Positions 10,706 to 19,705 are shown, counted from the stretch's first letter. The stretch is DNA of 64,000 nt from Microgenomates bacterium OLB23 (GCA_001567245.1 LMZU01000016.1:467-64466); one strand, 5' to 3'. Translations and numbers: made by a program. Notes: generated by a model not told the origin, from the letters alone.

Positions 10706-10716
10706 TGAATTTGTGA

Positions 10717-11869
10717 CTATTGACCGATGAGATTTCTTAACACCTGATTAGATGATCGAAGAATAAAGTTGTACAGGTTTGGATTTTCGGTTCTTATGGT
10801 ATTCCCCAGCTGAACACCAGATGATTGTGGAAATCTAGGACACGATACCTCGTCGACACACCCGCAAAATTGTGGGTAATGAAAGCAGAATAGTTTTGGG
10901 TCGAGACAACTTACAAATCCTGACCCGCCTGGGATTGGGTATCTTCCACATAGGTCTGGATTAGGTTTACAAGCATAATAAGTTGGACAGGAACTTTGGC
11001 TACCATCACACCCCTCTTTCCTACGATCATCAGAACAGAATGATTTATCAATACAGTAACACTTCACTTGTTCATTTCGATCCGGAATCGAAGCACATCC
11101 ATCTGTTTGACGAACACACTTACAATCTCCCAATGGATCCTGAGTATCACAAGGTTGATTTTTTTTCAGATCTAAACATGATGTGCCGTTTGAACATTGC
11201 GGTAAGCCTCGACCGCAAACTTCAAGGCATCCCTGAGCAACAACTAGTGTAGGGCTTGGATTAATTCTTACAATGCCAGATATTGGAATAGTAGTTAGAC
11301 CAACAAAAATCGACGTGGGTATGGGTTTACATAATCTAGGATTACCCTGTTCACACCTTAATCCAGAACAACAATTAACCGCGCCACCACATACATCATT
11401 TTGCTGCAAGCAAACTGGCGTTGGAGTAACTGTTAATGAAGGAGTTAATGTTGGTGTATTTTGACCAGTTGTTGGAGTTGGGGTAGCAGTTGCGGTAGCT
11501 CCTGCACAACAAAATTGTTTGTACTCCTGTACCCACTCGCTCAATGAGCGACACCTACACTCTCCACTTGGAAGTCGTGGCATTTCGCGACCATCTGCGC
11601 AAATCATGGGTTTAGAATACTTCTTGTGGTCTTCACAATAGTAAAAAACCACTAACTCCGCATTTGTTTTGAGTATCGCCGAGTCGACTCTCGACATATC
11701 TCCTTATAGCTCTGTCACTATCTGTACAAGCTGGAATATTCGCTGGAGCAACTTGTGCCTCTGACGATGTGGTAAATGATGTGTTTAGATTGCTAGATAT
11801 GAGCGAGGTGACAAACAGTGAAAGACCAACCAAAAGTGTACCAGCAATAGCAGCAAACCGTGTGTCCAT
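10717..11869 (-). CDS. Secreted Cys-rich protein (signal-peptide fragment 11633..11869 + body 10717..11697)
   Basis: The fragment encodes a signal peptide (AAIAGTLLVGLSLFVTSLISS). The body has about 40 Cys with CC doublets (QFCCAGA, VNCCSGLRCEQG) and Thr/Pro linkers. The junction lies near 11697-11705. Fusion versus two genes is unresolved. Confidence 0.5.
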
Positions 11870-11875
11870 TGCTTA

Positions 11876-11904
11876 AGTAAAACACAGCTAAAAAACTCTG
11901 TCAA
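11876..11904 (-). promoter_or_regulatory. Sigma70-type promoter TTGACA-17-TTTACT, 6 nt upstream of ATG 11869
   Basis: -35 at 11899-11904 and -10 at 11876-11881 on the minus strand. Confidence 0.45.
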
Positions 11905-11925
11905 TAGGAATGTTGGTGGCAGGCA

Positions 11926-11957
11926 TAAAAAAAGGCCCCGGATGGGGCCTTTTTTTT
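11926..11957 (-). terminator. Rho-independent (bidirectional) terminator downstream of rplL
   Basis: A8, then GGCCCC (11934-39), loop GGAT, GGGGCC (11944-49), then T8. Confidence 0.8.
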
Positions 11958-11979
11958 AATTTCACAACAAGACACGGTC

Positions 11980-12402
11980 TTATTTAAGCTCCGCTTTACC
12001 GCCTGCTTCTGTGATTTTTGCCACAGCTGCATCGGCATCTTCTTTTTTAGCACCGGCGAGAATCTCTTTTGGAGCTTCTTCGACGAGCTTCTTAGCATCC
12101 ATAAGTCCAAGCTCAGGCTTGACCTCACGAACTGCCTTAATAACAGCGAGTTTGTTTGCACCTGCGTCTGTGAGAACAACACTGAATGACGTTTGTTCTT
12201 CAGCGGCTTCACCACCAGCTGCTGCTGGAGCACCAGCCATTGGCATAGCAGCCATTGCTGGCATTGCGGACACACCAAACACCTCTTCGAGGTGCTTTGC
12301 CAACTCTGAGAGTTCCAAAGCCGTAAGTCCTTCGATCTCTTTTGCAATTTTTTCTACTTTTGCTGAAAGTTTTGTTTCGTTTACTGTTTCTTCATCTGCC
12401 AT
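11980..12402 (-). CDS. rplL: 50S ribosomal protein L7/L12
   Basis: Ala/Met/Pro hinge and conserved C-terminal domain (KLAVIKAVREV...GLMDAKKLVEEAPKEI...KEDADAAVAKITEAGGKAELK). GGAGGTG Shine-Dalgarno sequence 8 nt upstream. Confidence 0.95.
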   Translation of the reverse strand: MADEETVNETKLSAKVEKIAKEIEGLTALELSELAKHLEEVFGVSAMPAMAAMPMAGAPAAAGGEAAEEQTSFSVVLTDAGANKLAVIKAVREVKPELGLMDAKKLVEEAPKEILAGAKKEDADAAVAKITEAGGKAELK

Positions 12403-12427
12403 ACCTTATTCACCTCCTTTAAATATA

Positions 12428-12991
12428 TTAATTAGCCTTTTCTGCCGCGTTTTTAAGCACGGTTACTAACTGTGTGGCGTTAAACTTAAGACCATACACA
12501 AGCTTTGTGGCAGGTGTATAGAGCGACCCAATAATCTTGGCAACAAGCTCTTCTTTACTTGGCAAATCTGCAAGTTGTGAAAGTCCGGCTTGCACATATA
12601 CTACCCCATCAATCAAGCCGACCTTAAACTGCATACCTTCTTCTTCTTTTGAAAACGACTTGAATGTTTTGAGGCTTGTAACCCAGTCTTGTGAAAGAAA
12701 GAGCACTGCAGATTGCCCCGAAGTATTATCAACGAGTGTGCTAATTTCTTCTGGCTTCATCATTTTTGCATGAGCATTATATTTTTCTAGGGCTACTTTA
12801 AATAGTGAGTTCTTAAGAATCATAAGACCAGATTTTTGTGATGGATCTGCAGAAAGTTCACGAAGTTTTGCACGGAATTCTTCTAGTTTTTTATGTTTGG
12901 TGCCACCAAAACCCACAACAATAAATTGAGGATTGTCCTTTAGTAGTGAAACAACATTTTCTACGTATGCACGCTTTTGTGTATTTGCCAT
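12428..12991 (-). CDS. rplJ: 50S ribosomal protein L10
   Basis: Lies immediately upstream of rplL. Length and N-terminal pattern (KRAYVENVVSLLKDNPQFIVVGFGG) are typical of L10. Confidence 0.9.
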   Translation of the reverse strand: MANTQKRAYVENVVSLLKDNPQFIVVGFGGTKHKKLEEFRAKLRELSADPSQKSGLMILKNSLFKVALEKYNAHAKMMKPEEISTLVDNTSGQSAVLFLSQDWVTSLKTFKSFSKEEEGMQFKVGLIDGVVYVQAGLSQLADLPSKEELVAKIIGSLYTPATKLVYGLKFNATQLVTVLKNAAEKAN

Positions 12992-13068
12992 GTGTGTGTT
13001 CTACCGCTGGAACTTGTGAGTAATTTATGTCTTGCGACGACCCGCGGTCTCTGAACATGGTTATTATA
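12992..13068 (-). promoter_or_regulatory. rplJ promoter (-10 TATAAT at 13063-13068) and ~65-nt leader with a GACC-GCG-GGTC hairpin (possible L10 autoregulatory leader)
   Basis: Unlike most genes here, rplJ has a long 5' leader. Hairpin read by eye. The function is inferred from known L10-leader biology. Confidence 0.35.
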
Positions 13069-13085
13069 TGGCATGGTATGCAAAA

Positions 13086-13385
13086 TTACAAGCTATTATT
13101 AGTATAGTAGCCAAACATGCCATCTTGAAGTTGGCGCGAGGCTCTTGCTACTGTAGTACTGCTTACTTTTAATAACTTAATTATGTCTGCATAGTCATAG
13201 CCGCACTCAAGCAAAGATACAATGGTTATGCGCTGGCCTATGCGATATGCCTCAAGTGGCGTTAACACGCTGAGAATAAATTCTCGTGCGGTTTTTTCTG
13301 TGGAAATGTTTTTAATATGCACAACAAGAACGTCAAAGTAATCTGAGTCTAGTAGGTGTGAAGTTGTTATTATGCCTGCATTCAT
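13086..13385 (-). CDS. TrpR-like YerC/YecD family DNA-binding protein
   Basis: LTPLEAYRIGQRITIVSLLECGYDYADIIKLLKVSSTTVARASRQLQDGMFGY matches the YerC/YecD pattern T..E...R..I...L..G.sY..I.....S..T..R..R.L..G..GY. Confidence 0.6.
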   Translation of the reverse strand: MNAGIITTSHLLDSDYFDVLVVHIKNISTEKTAREFILSVLTPLEAYRIGQRITIVSLLECGYDYADIIKLLKVSSTTVARASRQLQDGMFGYYTNNSL

Positions 13386-13495
13386 AATGTGAGATTGTAA
13401 ATGTTGAGTGTTAAAAATTAATTATGTAAGTAGGGCTAGGTGCTTTTTACTTATGTTGCAAGAGTTTTAGTTTTTCACATATGTATGTATCTTCA

Positions 13496-13642
13496 GAATT
13501 CGCGACTTTAAAGTAGTAAAGAGCATATAGCGAGCTGAGTGTATTTATTACAGTCTTTGCACCACTTTAGAGTGGTAAAGTGACAGTGCACATTTGAAGC
13601 AAATATCAGCTTCCCACTTTACCAATATAAAGTCGCGAATTC
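13496..13642. repeat. 147-bp element bounded by perfect 15-bp terminal inverted repeats (GAATTCGCGACTTTA / TAAAGTCGCGAATTC), with internal hairpins
   Basis: Arms at 13496-13510 and 13628-13642. Internal TGCAC...GTGCA, CCACT-TTAG-AGTGG and GGTAAAGTG/CACTTTACC pairings. Both flanks carry TCA. Confidence 0.7.
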
Positions 13643-13700
13643 TCAAACAGTATATATAAGGTGACAGAGTTTCAGATTTAACCTTAACAAGTTCTTGCAT

Positions 13701-13728
13701 TTGCCAGCTATTTTAGATAACGTATATA
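13701..13728 (+). promoter_or_regulatory. Promoter TTGCCA-16-TATATA, 7 nt upstream of ATG 13736
   Basis: Hexamers read directly. Confidence 0.45.
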
Positions 13729-13735
13729 TATCTAT

Positions 13736-14239
13736 ATGCGCACAACGCAACAATACATACAAATTATTACAAAGATCATTGTTATGTTGGTATTGTTGGC
13801 ATTTCCCCTTTCGCCCGTATTTGCTGCAGTTCCCCGTACTGCAACCACAGATGGATTTACCCAACAGCCTGCACCAAATCAAATTGTTGTAAAATACAAA
13901 AAAGATCTTTCTCCACAAACTTTGCAACTGCAGGCCGATCAGCGAAAAACCACAAAAGCCAAGCTTTTTGGCAATATTCGACTCCTTCTTGATAACCTCA
14001 AATATAAAGCAAACAAGCAAGAGCTACCCGAAGAACACCTACTACGCATTCAACAAGCCGATACAACAGCTGGTGCAAAAAACAAAACACGCATTTTTGA
14101 TGCAGACGATCAAAATCAACGAAATCTGTTTGTTATTGAGCTTGACGGTAAAAAAACTATAGAACAGGCAATTGCAATATACGAAAAACTACCAGAAGTT
14201 GAATATGCAGAACCAAATTATACATTTTATGCCTTTTGA
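13736..14239 (+). CDS. Secreted stand-alone subtilase-propeptide (inhibitor I9)-like protein
   Basis: Signal peptide ...LLAFPLSPVFA. IVVKYKKD... and the terminal LPEVEYAEPNYTFYAF mirror the propeptide of the adjacent S8 protease (EFIIKYKDG...VEYIEPNYIYTAF). Confidence 0.6.
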   Translation: MRTTQQYIQIITKIIVMLVLLAFPLSPVFAAVPRTATTDGFTQQPAPNQIVVKYKKDLSPQTLQLQADQRKTTKAKLFGNIRLLLDNLKYKANKQELPEEHLLRIQQADTTAGAKNKTRIFDADDQNQRNLFVIELDGKKTIEQAIAIYEKLPEVEYAEPNYTFYAF

Positions 14240-14255
14240 TACAGTACAATAAATC

Positions 14256-15888
14256 ATGGCTAGTATGAAAAAAAATTATCTTGAGTACGCTAATTGTGGC
14301 AGCACTTGCTTTGGGTGCATGTACCAGTACTTCGTACGCTCAAACACAAGAGCTTGCACCAGCAGTGCCAGGAGAATTTATTATTAAATACAAAGACGGT
14401 CACTCACCTGCTCAACTAGAAGCGGCTGCAAGCTCTGAGCTGCAAACACCCTCTCTTTTGCAACGCATACGTACTATGTTTGGTGCAGAATCTCCCATGC
14501 AATCTGAGCTTAATTCGCTGAAAGCGCTCGAATCTAAGTACGACCTGCAATCTGTGAGCGCGCTAGAAACATATGACCAACCAGGTGCGGAAGCACTTTT
14601 TAACGAAACATATATATATAAATACAATACCGATGTAAATACAACCGACGTAATGAGAGATTACGAAAATATTGATGGCGTTGAATATATAGAACCAAAT
14701 TATATATATACAGCCTTTAAGGCTCCTAATGACCCTAACTATAATAGTTTATGGGGCATGAAGATTATTAAAGCCGAAGAGGCATGGGAAATATCTACTG
14801 GTGCGCAAACAGTAAAAGTTGGTGTGGTTGATACGGGAATAGAGGTAAATCACCCAGATTTAAAAGCTAATACCCTCAAGAGTGAAGGCATGGGCCCCGG
14901 CTGCCCCAACAATACCGATACAGGCAATCATGGTTCTCATGTTGCAGGCACAATAGGTGCTGTGGGCAATAACACTACTGGCGTAGCAGGTGTAAACTGG
15001 GCCGTAAGCATGAATGGTTACGCAGTATTGTGTGCCGGCGGATCGGGTTCTTTAGCATCTATTGCCGCCGGCGTAAATAAAGCGGTTGCTGACGGTAACA
15101 AAGTAATCAACATGAGTCTTGGCGGCAGCAGCGACTCTACCACCTTTCATAATGCCATTATCAACGCCAAAAACTCTGGCGTTACCGTTGTAGTGGCTGC
15201 GGGCAACTGCTGGAATCAGCCACAATCTCAAAAATGCCCGCTCTCAAACCCTACCCAACGTGGAAGCTCTGATTATACCTACCCTGCAGCATACCCAGAG
15301 GTAATTACAACTGCAGCTACCACATCGAGCGATCAATCTGCATCCTTTTCTAATCGAGGACGCGCCAACGACATTGCTGCGCCAGGTGTACAAATTGAGT
15401 CAACATGGCCCCCATCTACATATCAATCAATAAGTGGCACAAGCATGGCCTCTCCCCATGTGGCAGGCGCAGCTGGGCTGCTTTTGTCTGTTAACCCCAA
15501 CCTTACACCAGACCAGGTACAAAATGCCCTGCAGTGTACTGCCGATGATCTTGGCGCCGCAGGCTGGGACGAAGTATTTGGTCATGGTCGCCTCAACCTA
15601 AAAAAAGCAATAGATGCGGTGCAAAGTGGTAACATTCCTACCTGCTCTACGCCAGGACAACCACCTAGCACACCACTCCCTACAAATCCTGGTGGTGCCA
15701 CAAATACACCTGCCCCCACAGGCGGCCAACAAGTGCATCCCTGCCCAGAAGAAGCAGCTAAAGGCAACTATAACTGCACAACACCTACCGATGACAACGA
15801 CTACAAAGCCTGGGAAGCAGAATTTAAACAAGGCGTTTCATCACTTTCGCCTTGGTTTGAATATATTCGCAAAGCCATTTACAACTAG
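14256..15888 (+). CDS. Subtilisin-like serine protease (peptidase S8) with own I9 propeptide; probable lipoprotein (frameshift in signal peptide)
   Basis: Catalytic triad motifs VGVVDTGI, HGSHVAGTIGA, SGTSMASPHVAGAAGLL. ATG 14256/14265 joins ORF 14281..15888 if the A8 run 14268-14275 is shortened by 1, giving M(ASM)KKIILSTLIVAALALGAC with a lipobox LGAC. Confidence 0.9.
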
Positions 15889-15890
15889 CT

Positions 15891-16187
15891 ATGAGAATTG
15901 GTCCTTTCTATTTTGATAGTAAAGAAGTTTTTCTAATTATTGCTGTTGCACTACTTGCTGCGGCTCTCTATTTTAATATCCAGCTCATTTTCTTCGAGCC
16001 GCAGGCACTACTTACTCTCGCCATTATCTTTCTTATTCTAAAGGGCCTTTTACCCTCTACCCATAATGAGGCATTTTTTATTCATGCCCTTGTGACAGTC
16101 TTTTTAACTATGTTCCTGCCGCTCTTTCAGGTAATTTTGTTTTACGCTGTCACATTCGTCTTTTTTAAAATGCTACGAGTAATTTGA
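15891..16187 (+). CDS. Small hypothetical integral membrane protein (98 aa, about 3 TM)
   Basis: Hydrophobic ORF directly after the protease stop. No recognisable family. Confidence 0.4.
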   Translation: MRIGPFYFDSKEVFLIIAVALLAAALYFNIQLIFFEPQALLTLAIIFLILKGLLPSTHNEAFFIHALVTVFLTMFLPLFQVILFYAVTFVFFKMLRVI

Positions 16188-16208
16188 TTGATATAGCAAT
16201 CCGCTCTA

Positions 16209-16237
16209 TTGACAGGGTATAACACCTCCTTTATAAT
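16209..16237 (+). promoter_or_regulatory. Consensus sigma70 promoter TTGACA-17-TATAAT, 7 nt upstream of ATG 16245 (leaderless geometry)
   Basis: Perfect hexamers at 16209-16214 and 16232-16237. Confidence 0.6.
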
Positions 16238-16244
16238 ACGATCT

Positions 16245-16439
16245 ATGTCATTTGAGAACTTACCAGATCTTTTGACTATTCGTGAAGTCGCTGATATTCT
16301 GCGCGTATCTCCTTTAACGATCAAGAGATGGGGAAAACGAGGAAAGCTTCCTGCAATTCGTATTAACTCTCGTGGAGATCGCCGTTATAGAAAAGAAGTC
16401 GTACTCCGCATGCTAGGCGTAGATGTAGAAGCTGCTTAA
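16245..16439 (+). CDS. Excisionase/MerR-type helix-turn-helix DNA-binding protein
   Basis: LLTIREVADILRVSPLTIKRWGKRGKLPAIRINSRGDRRY is a typical HTH_17/excisionase-family signature. The start is set by the promoter position. Confidence 0.65.
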   Translation: MSFENLPDLLTIREVADILRVSPLTIKRWGKRGKLPAIRINSRGDRRYRKEVVLRMLGVDVEAA

Positions 16440-18559
16440 GCTCTGCGCGACCTTCCCGCTCCTGCTACTCCCGCACCTACTGCTGCACCACCAAGCGCAC
16501 CCGCATAGCTAGCTGTTGGAACATTAATCGCCGCCGTTGTCAGACCAGAAAGCATTGTGCCTGCCGCAGCCGATGCCATGAATACACCTCCGGCAGACAA
16601 CCCAAGTATTAATAATGCGAGTTGTTTGTTGCTCAATCGCCCTATTTTTTCTCTCCAAGAACCTGGACCCTTTAATACGTCACTCTTTAAGAGATCGTCC
16701 AATTCTTTTATGTGCTGCTTGTTAGTTTCGAGGGCTTGCTCGAGTATTCCCTGCCCCCAGGTACTGTTTTTAATTTTGATAATTTCATTTGTAGTTAAAC
16801 GGCGCACACCTGTACGGCGGCGCTGCAGCCACCCACGACTTGCATACATTTTGTCTTGCAATGTTTGGGCTGCCAAACTTTGCCCCTCGGCCTGCAACCA
16901 ACCTGCATCTTTTAACTTGCCAAGCATGTAATCACTCCCAAATTCACGTGTTCTATTCATCATATTAATAATGGCAACTTCGGGCCCCGTTAAGTAATAT
17001 GTGTCTGAGCCAGGTGGTGTAGCTGCTGGTGGTGTTGTGCCAGATGTTACCGCAAACCAAACACCTGTAGCGTCATCCTTACGGCTGATATGAACTGTGT
17101 TATCATCGTTTTTAACGATATAATACTCTGCGCTTGGACGCATCATATCGGTAAAATCTTCATTAATTGCCACTCCATCTATTTTGCCTTCGACGGTTTT
17201 GTGTCGTTTTGCACGAAGCTCTCTATATTGCTTCTCGTCAATATCTTTTGCTTTTGCTGCAGACTCTTCGAGCGCCTTGTCTGCTGCTGCCTTTGCTTTG
17301 TCAAGGCGCTCCATAAGCTCTTGCTCAACACCTTTTTTAAATATGTTTTCGAGCTCCGAAACCGCAATCTCTTCTGCACGACCTTTGGCCGCCTCAAGCT
17401 TTTTAAGCATTAATATTTGCTCACCTTGTTCAGATCTAGCACTAGACAAAGCCTCTTTTGCTTGTTTTAGGTCTTCGAGTTTTTGTTTAATCTCATCATC
17501 CAATCGTTTTTGGTCGGCCTCTATAGCATCTATTGCTGCCTGCCTCACAGATTTATCAACCAATTTTCCGCTTTTATTTTTTAGCTCACTTTCAATAAGT
17601 AATTTCCTGCCATTAATATCTTTTATTATATCGGCCTCAGATCTTGTACCTTTAAAACCTTTCCTTTTTGCATCTCTCATCTCAGCATCAAAAAATGAAA
17701 CCTCTTCCTGAAGAAATTTTAATTTGCCATCAATTATTAAAATTTCCCCATCAATGGATGCCATTTCTTTCTTCTTGTCTTGTATTGCCTTAAACTCCTT
17801 ACCTTCAACGGCTGTCTTTTTTGAAGGGTCTATATTACGATCAAATTCTCTCCTACGAGCTTTCAATACATCAACCTCACCAACAACAGGTGGATGAGCA
17901 GTAGCATCTCCTTCAAGTTTTTTAAGCTCAGCTTCGAGCTTAGCAACTTTCGCTGCAAGTGCATCTCTCTTCCTTGCTACTTCTGAATACTCATCAGCAA
18001 CCTCACCCTTATTAATTGCAGATTCAAGCAGTGCCTGTTTTATTTTTTCTCGTGCGAATGGGTCTTGTAGGTATTGTTCGGCAAGTGCTTTTGCAGCGTT
18101 AACTCTTTGCCTTGGATCAATAATTGCAACAAAATATTCTGCCAAAGCAGGGTGAGTACTAAGAAACTTACCTGTTTGCTTAATAACCTGTTGACCCTCA
18201 GTGGTTGCCTTAAACTCTGCAAAGCTCTTTTGATCATCAAAATACTCTTTTACAGCATCAAGTATTGTGCTTGCTCTATTGAAGCGTGTTTCATAACCAC
18301 TAGGAGGTGTTGCCCCTAACAGTCGATCAATACTCCCATTATCTCTCAGTATCCCAATAGACACATCAAGATTTGCACGTAATATATCTATACTCACCTG
18401 CTCGCCAGCGGCAATTTCAAGCCCAGTAAAAACATCTTCGTCTGCCTCTGCCCTTAATGTTGCAGCAACCTTTTTGGCATGTTCTTTTCTTACAGGCACC
18501 GTTGACGATTCTGCTCTTGCTACCGCCTCTTGTGCTATTTCGCGTAATGTATCTGACAT
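16436..18559 (-). CDS. 707-aa coiled-coil protein with C-terminal Gly/Ala-rich TM segments (hypothetical)
   Basis: Long heptad-like Lys/Glu/Ala-rich stretches. C-terminus: LALLILGLSAGGVFMASAAAGTMLSGL...GALGGAAVGAGVAGAG. Confidence 0.6.
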   Translation of the reverse strand: MSDTLREIAQEAVARAESSTVPVRKEHAKKVAATLRAEADEDVFTGLEIAAGEQVSIDILRANLDVSIGILRDNGSIDRLLGATPPSGYETRFNRASTILDAVKEYFDDQKSFAEFKATTEGQQVIKQTGKFLSTHPALAEYFVAIIDPRQRVNAAKALAEQYLQDPFAREKIKQALLESAINKGEVADEYSEVARKRDALAAKVAKLEAELKKLEGDATAHPPVVGEVDVLKARRREFDRNIDPSKKTAVEGKEFKAIQDKKKEMASIDGEILIIDGKLKFLQEEVSFFDAEMRDAKRKGFKGTRSEADIIKDINGRKLLIESELKNKSGKLVDKSVRQAAIDAIEADQKRLDDEIKQKLEDLKQAKEALSSARSEQGEQILMLKKLEAAKGRAEEIAVSELENIFKKGVEQELMERLDKAKAAADKALEESAAKAKDIDEKQYRELRAKRHKTVEGKIDGVAINEDFTDMMRPSAEYYIVKNDDNTVHISRKDDATGVWFAVTSGTTPPAATPPGSDTYYLTGPEVAIINMMNRTREFGSDYMLGKLKDAGWLQAEGQSLAAQTLQDKMYASRGWLQRRRTGVRRLTTNEIIKIKNSTWGQGILEQALETNKQHIKELDDLLKSDVLKGPGSWREKIGRLSNKQLALLILGLSAGGVFMASAAAGTMLSGLTTAAINVPTASYAGALGGAAVGAGVAGAGRSRRA

Positions 18560-18561
18560 AA

Positions 18562-18825
18562 TTAGTTTACTTTTGAATCATCTAGTGACTGTATATAAGC
18601 AGATAATTTGTCTATAACTTCTTTTTCTTTTTCTTCTACAACCTTACCTGCCTCTACTGTTTGCGTATTCTTAAACACCGGCCATTTTTCGTTAAGCTCT
18701 GCAAGAAACCCATCTACCTCGTTTTCGGAAATAGAACTGGTTCTATCGAGAATAAACCTAGCGGCTTCACGCATTTGTGACATTGAAAGCTGTTCAGATT
18801 CGACAGCGGCAATAAGGTCATCCAA
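18562..18825 (-). CDS. Small acidic hypothetical protein (87 aa)
   Basis: ORF lying 2 nt upstream of the coiled-coil gene start. No motif recognised. Confidence 0.45.
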   Translation of the reverse strand: MDDLIAAVESEQLSMSQMREAARFILDRTSSISENEVDGFLAELNEKWPVFKNTQTVEAGKVVEEKEKEVIDKLSAYIQSLDDSKVN

Positions 18826-18918
18826 AAGTTTTTTTGAAGAGTATGAACAAAACTATTATCCGCATTATCGTTATGCATATTGAACTATAGCACGTTTAAA
18901 AAAGTACTGTCAAGCGTA

Positions 18919-19575
18919 TTACTGCTGCTGGGGTTGCACAGACCCAGCAGACGGAGCAGAAAAATCTGGAAGATCGGGTTGTGACTTAGACTCCAAATCT
19001 GAGAGCACCCCATCGAGCTGACTTTGTGGGTTTGCCGGTGCCATGTTTGGTGTTACGGGGCTTGCCGTGGTTGCTACCGCCTCAACGGGCGCAGCAACTG
19101 GTGCAGGGGCTGTTGCCGCGGTTGACATTGCAGACATATCGGGCATTGTTGGCATTACAGGAGCTGAAGCAGTGCCTATAGGGGCAGCAGCGGGTGCAAC
19201 TGACATATCGGGCGCTTCGTCTATACCTGGCATACTTGGCATGTTAGGGGTTGCATCTGGCATTGATGAGGTGGTATCAGATGGAGCACTGGTTTCATCA
19301 TTAGCCGGCATAGCCATATCATCAGCTGCTGGCATGGCTGGTTCTGCAGCTGGCATAGGGGCTGCCGCATCAGGAGTGGCTGTTAAAGTTTCTGCTGGAG
19401 CTCCAGAAGATAGTCCAAGTGCTGTTTCAAACTCACTTTGAGTAAATCCTTTGAGCCCTACTTTTTCTCCGCTGTCTTTTTCAATCATGGTAAACGGCAC
19501 ACCTGCAAATTTGTCAGAAACATCAAGCATTTCTGTAAGGAATTGTCGATTTTCTTGAACATTTTTTTTCTTCAA
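18919..19575 (-). CDS. Hypothetical protein: ~55-aa N-terminal domain + Ala/Pro/Met-rich disordered tail
   Basis: Repeated M-P dipeptides (MPAAEPAMPAADDMAMPAND...NMPSMPG...VMPTMPDMSAMS). TTG start as in the ORF track. Confidence 0.5.
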   Translation of the reverse strand: MKKKNVQENRQFLTEMLDVSDKFAGVPFTMIEKDSGEKVGLKGFTQSEFETALGLSSGAPAETLTATPDAAAPMPAAEPAMPAADDMAMPANDETSAPSDTTSSMPDATPNMPSMPGIDEAPDMSVAPAAAPIGTASAPVMPTMPDMSAMSTAATAPAPVAAPVEAVATTASPVTPNMAPANPQSQLDGVLSDLESKSQPDLPDFSAPSAGSVQPQQQ

Positions 19576-19705
19576 ATTGAAGTCCTTTGGTGGTGAGGAA
19601 GTCTTTTTTCTTGCTTACAAAACGGGCAGTCTGTAATAGTATAAACGGTTATTTTCATAATCTACGATTCACTATAATTAGTTTTAATTTCGTTGTCAAG
19701 AACTA

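Noticed and set aside
15640..15888. Possible degenerate dockerin at the C-terminus of the S8 protease (TPTDDNDYKAWEAEFKQG...WFEYIRKAIY)
   Set aside because: It has only a vague acidic-loop/helix resemblance to the 9269..10084 tail. It lacks the D.N.DG...N..D pattern seen in all other dockerin-like tails.
16245..16439. Excisionase-type HTH as evidence for a prophage or integrative element
   Set aside because: No integrase, recombinase, phage structural gene or att-like repeat is visible nearby. The gene has its own consensus promoter and looks like a stand-alone regulator.
19043..19441. 132-aa plus-strand ORF antisense to the Ala/Pro/Met-rich gene 18919..19575
   Set aside because: It is a mirror-image low-complexity ORF (Gly/Ala/Ser/Ile). 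The same reasoning rejects 17184..17711 (antisense to the coiled-coil gene), 12011..12469 (antisense to rplL/rplJ) and 32240..32587 (antisense to the GNP linker).
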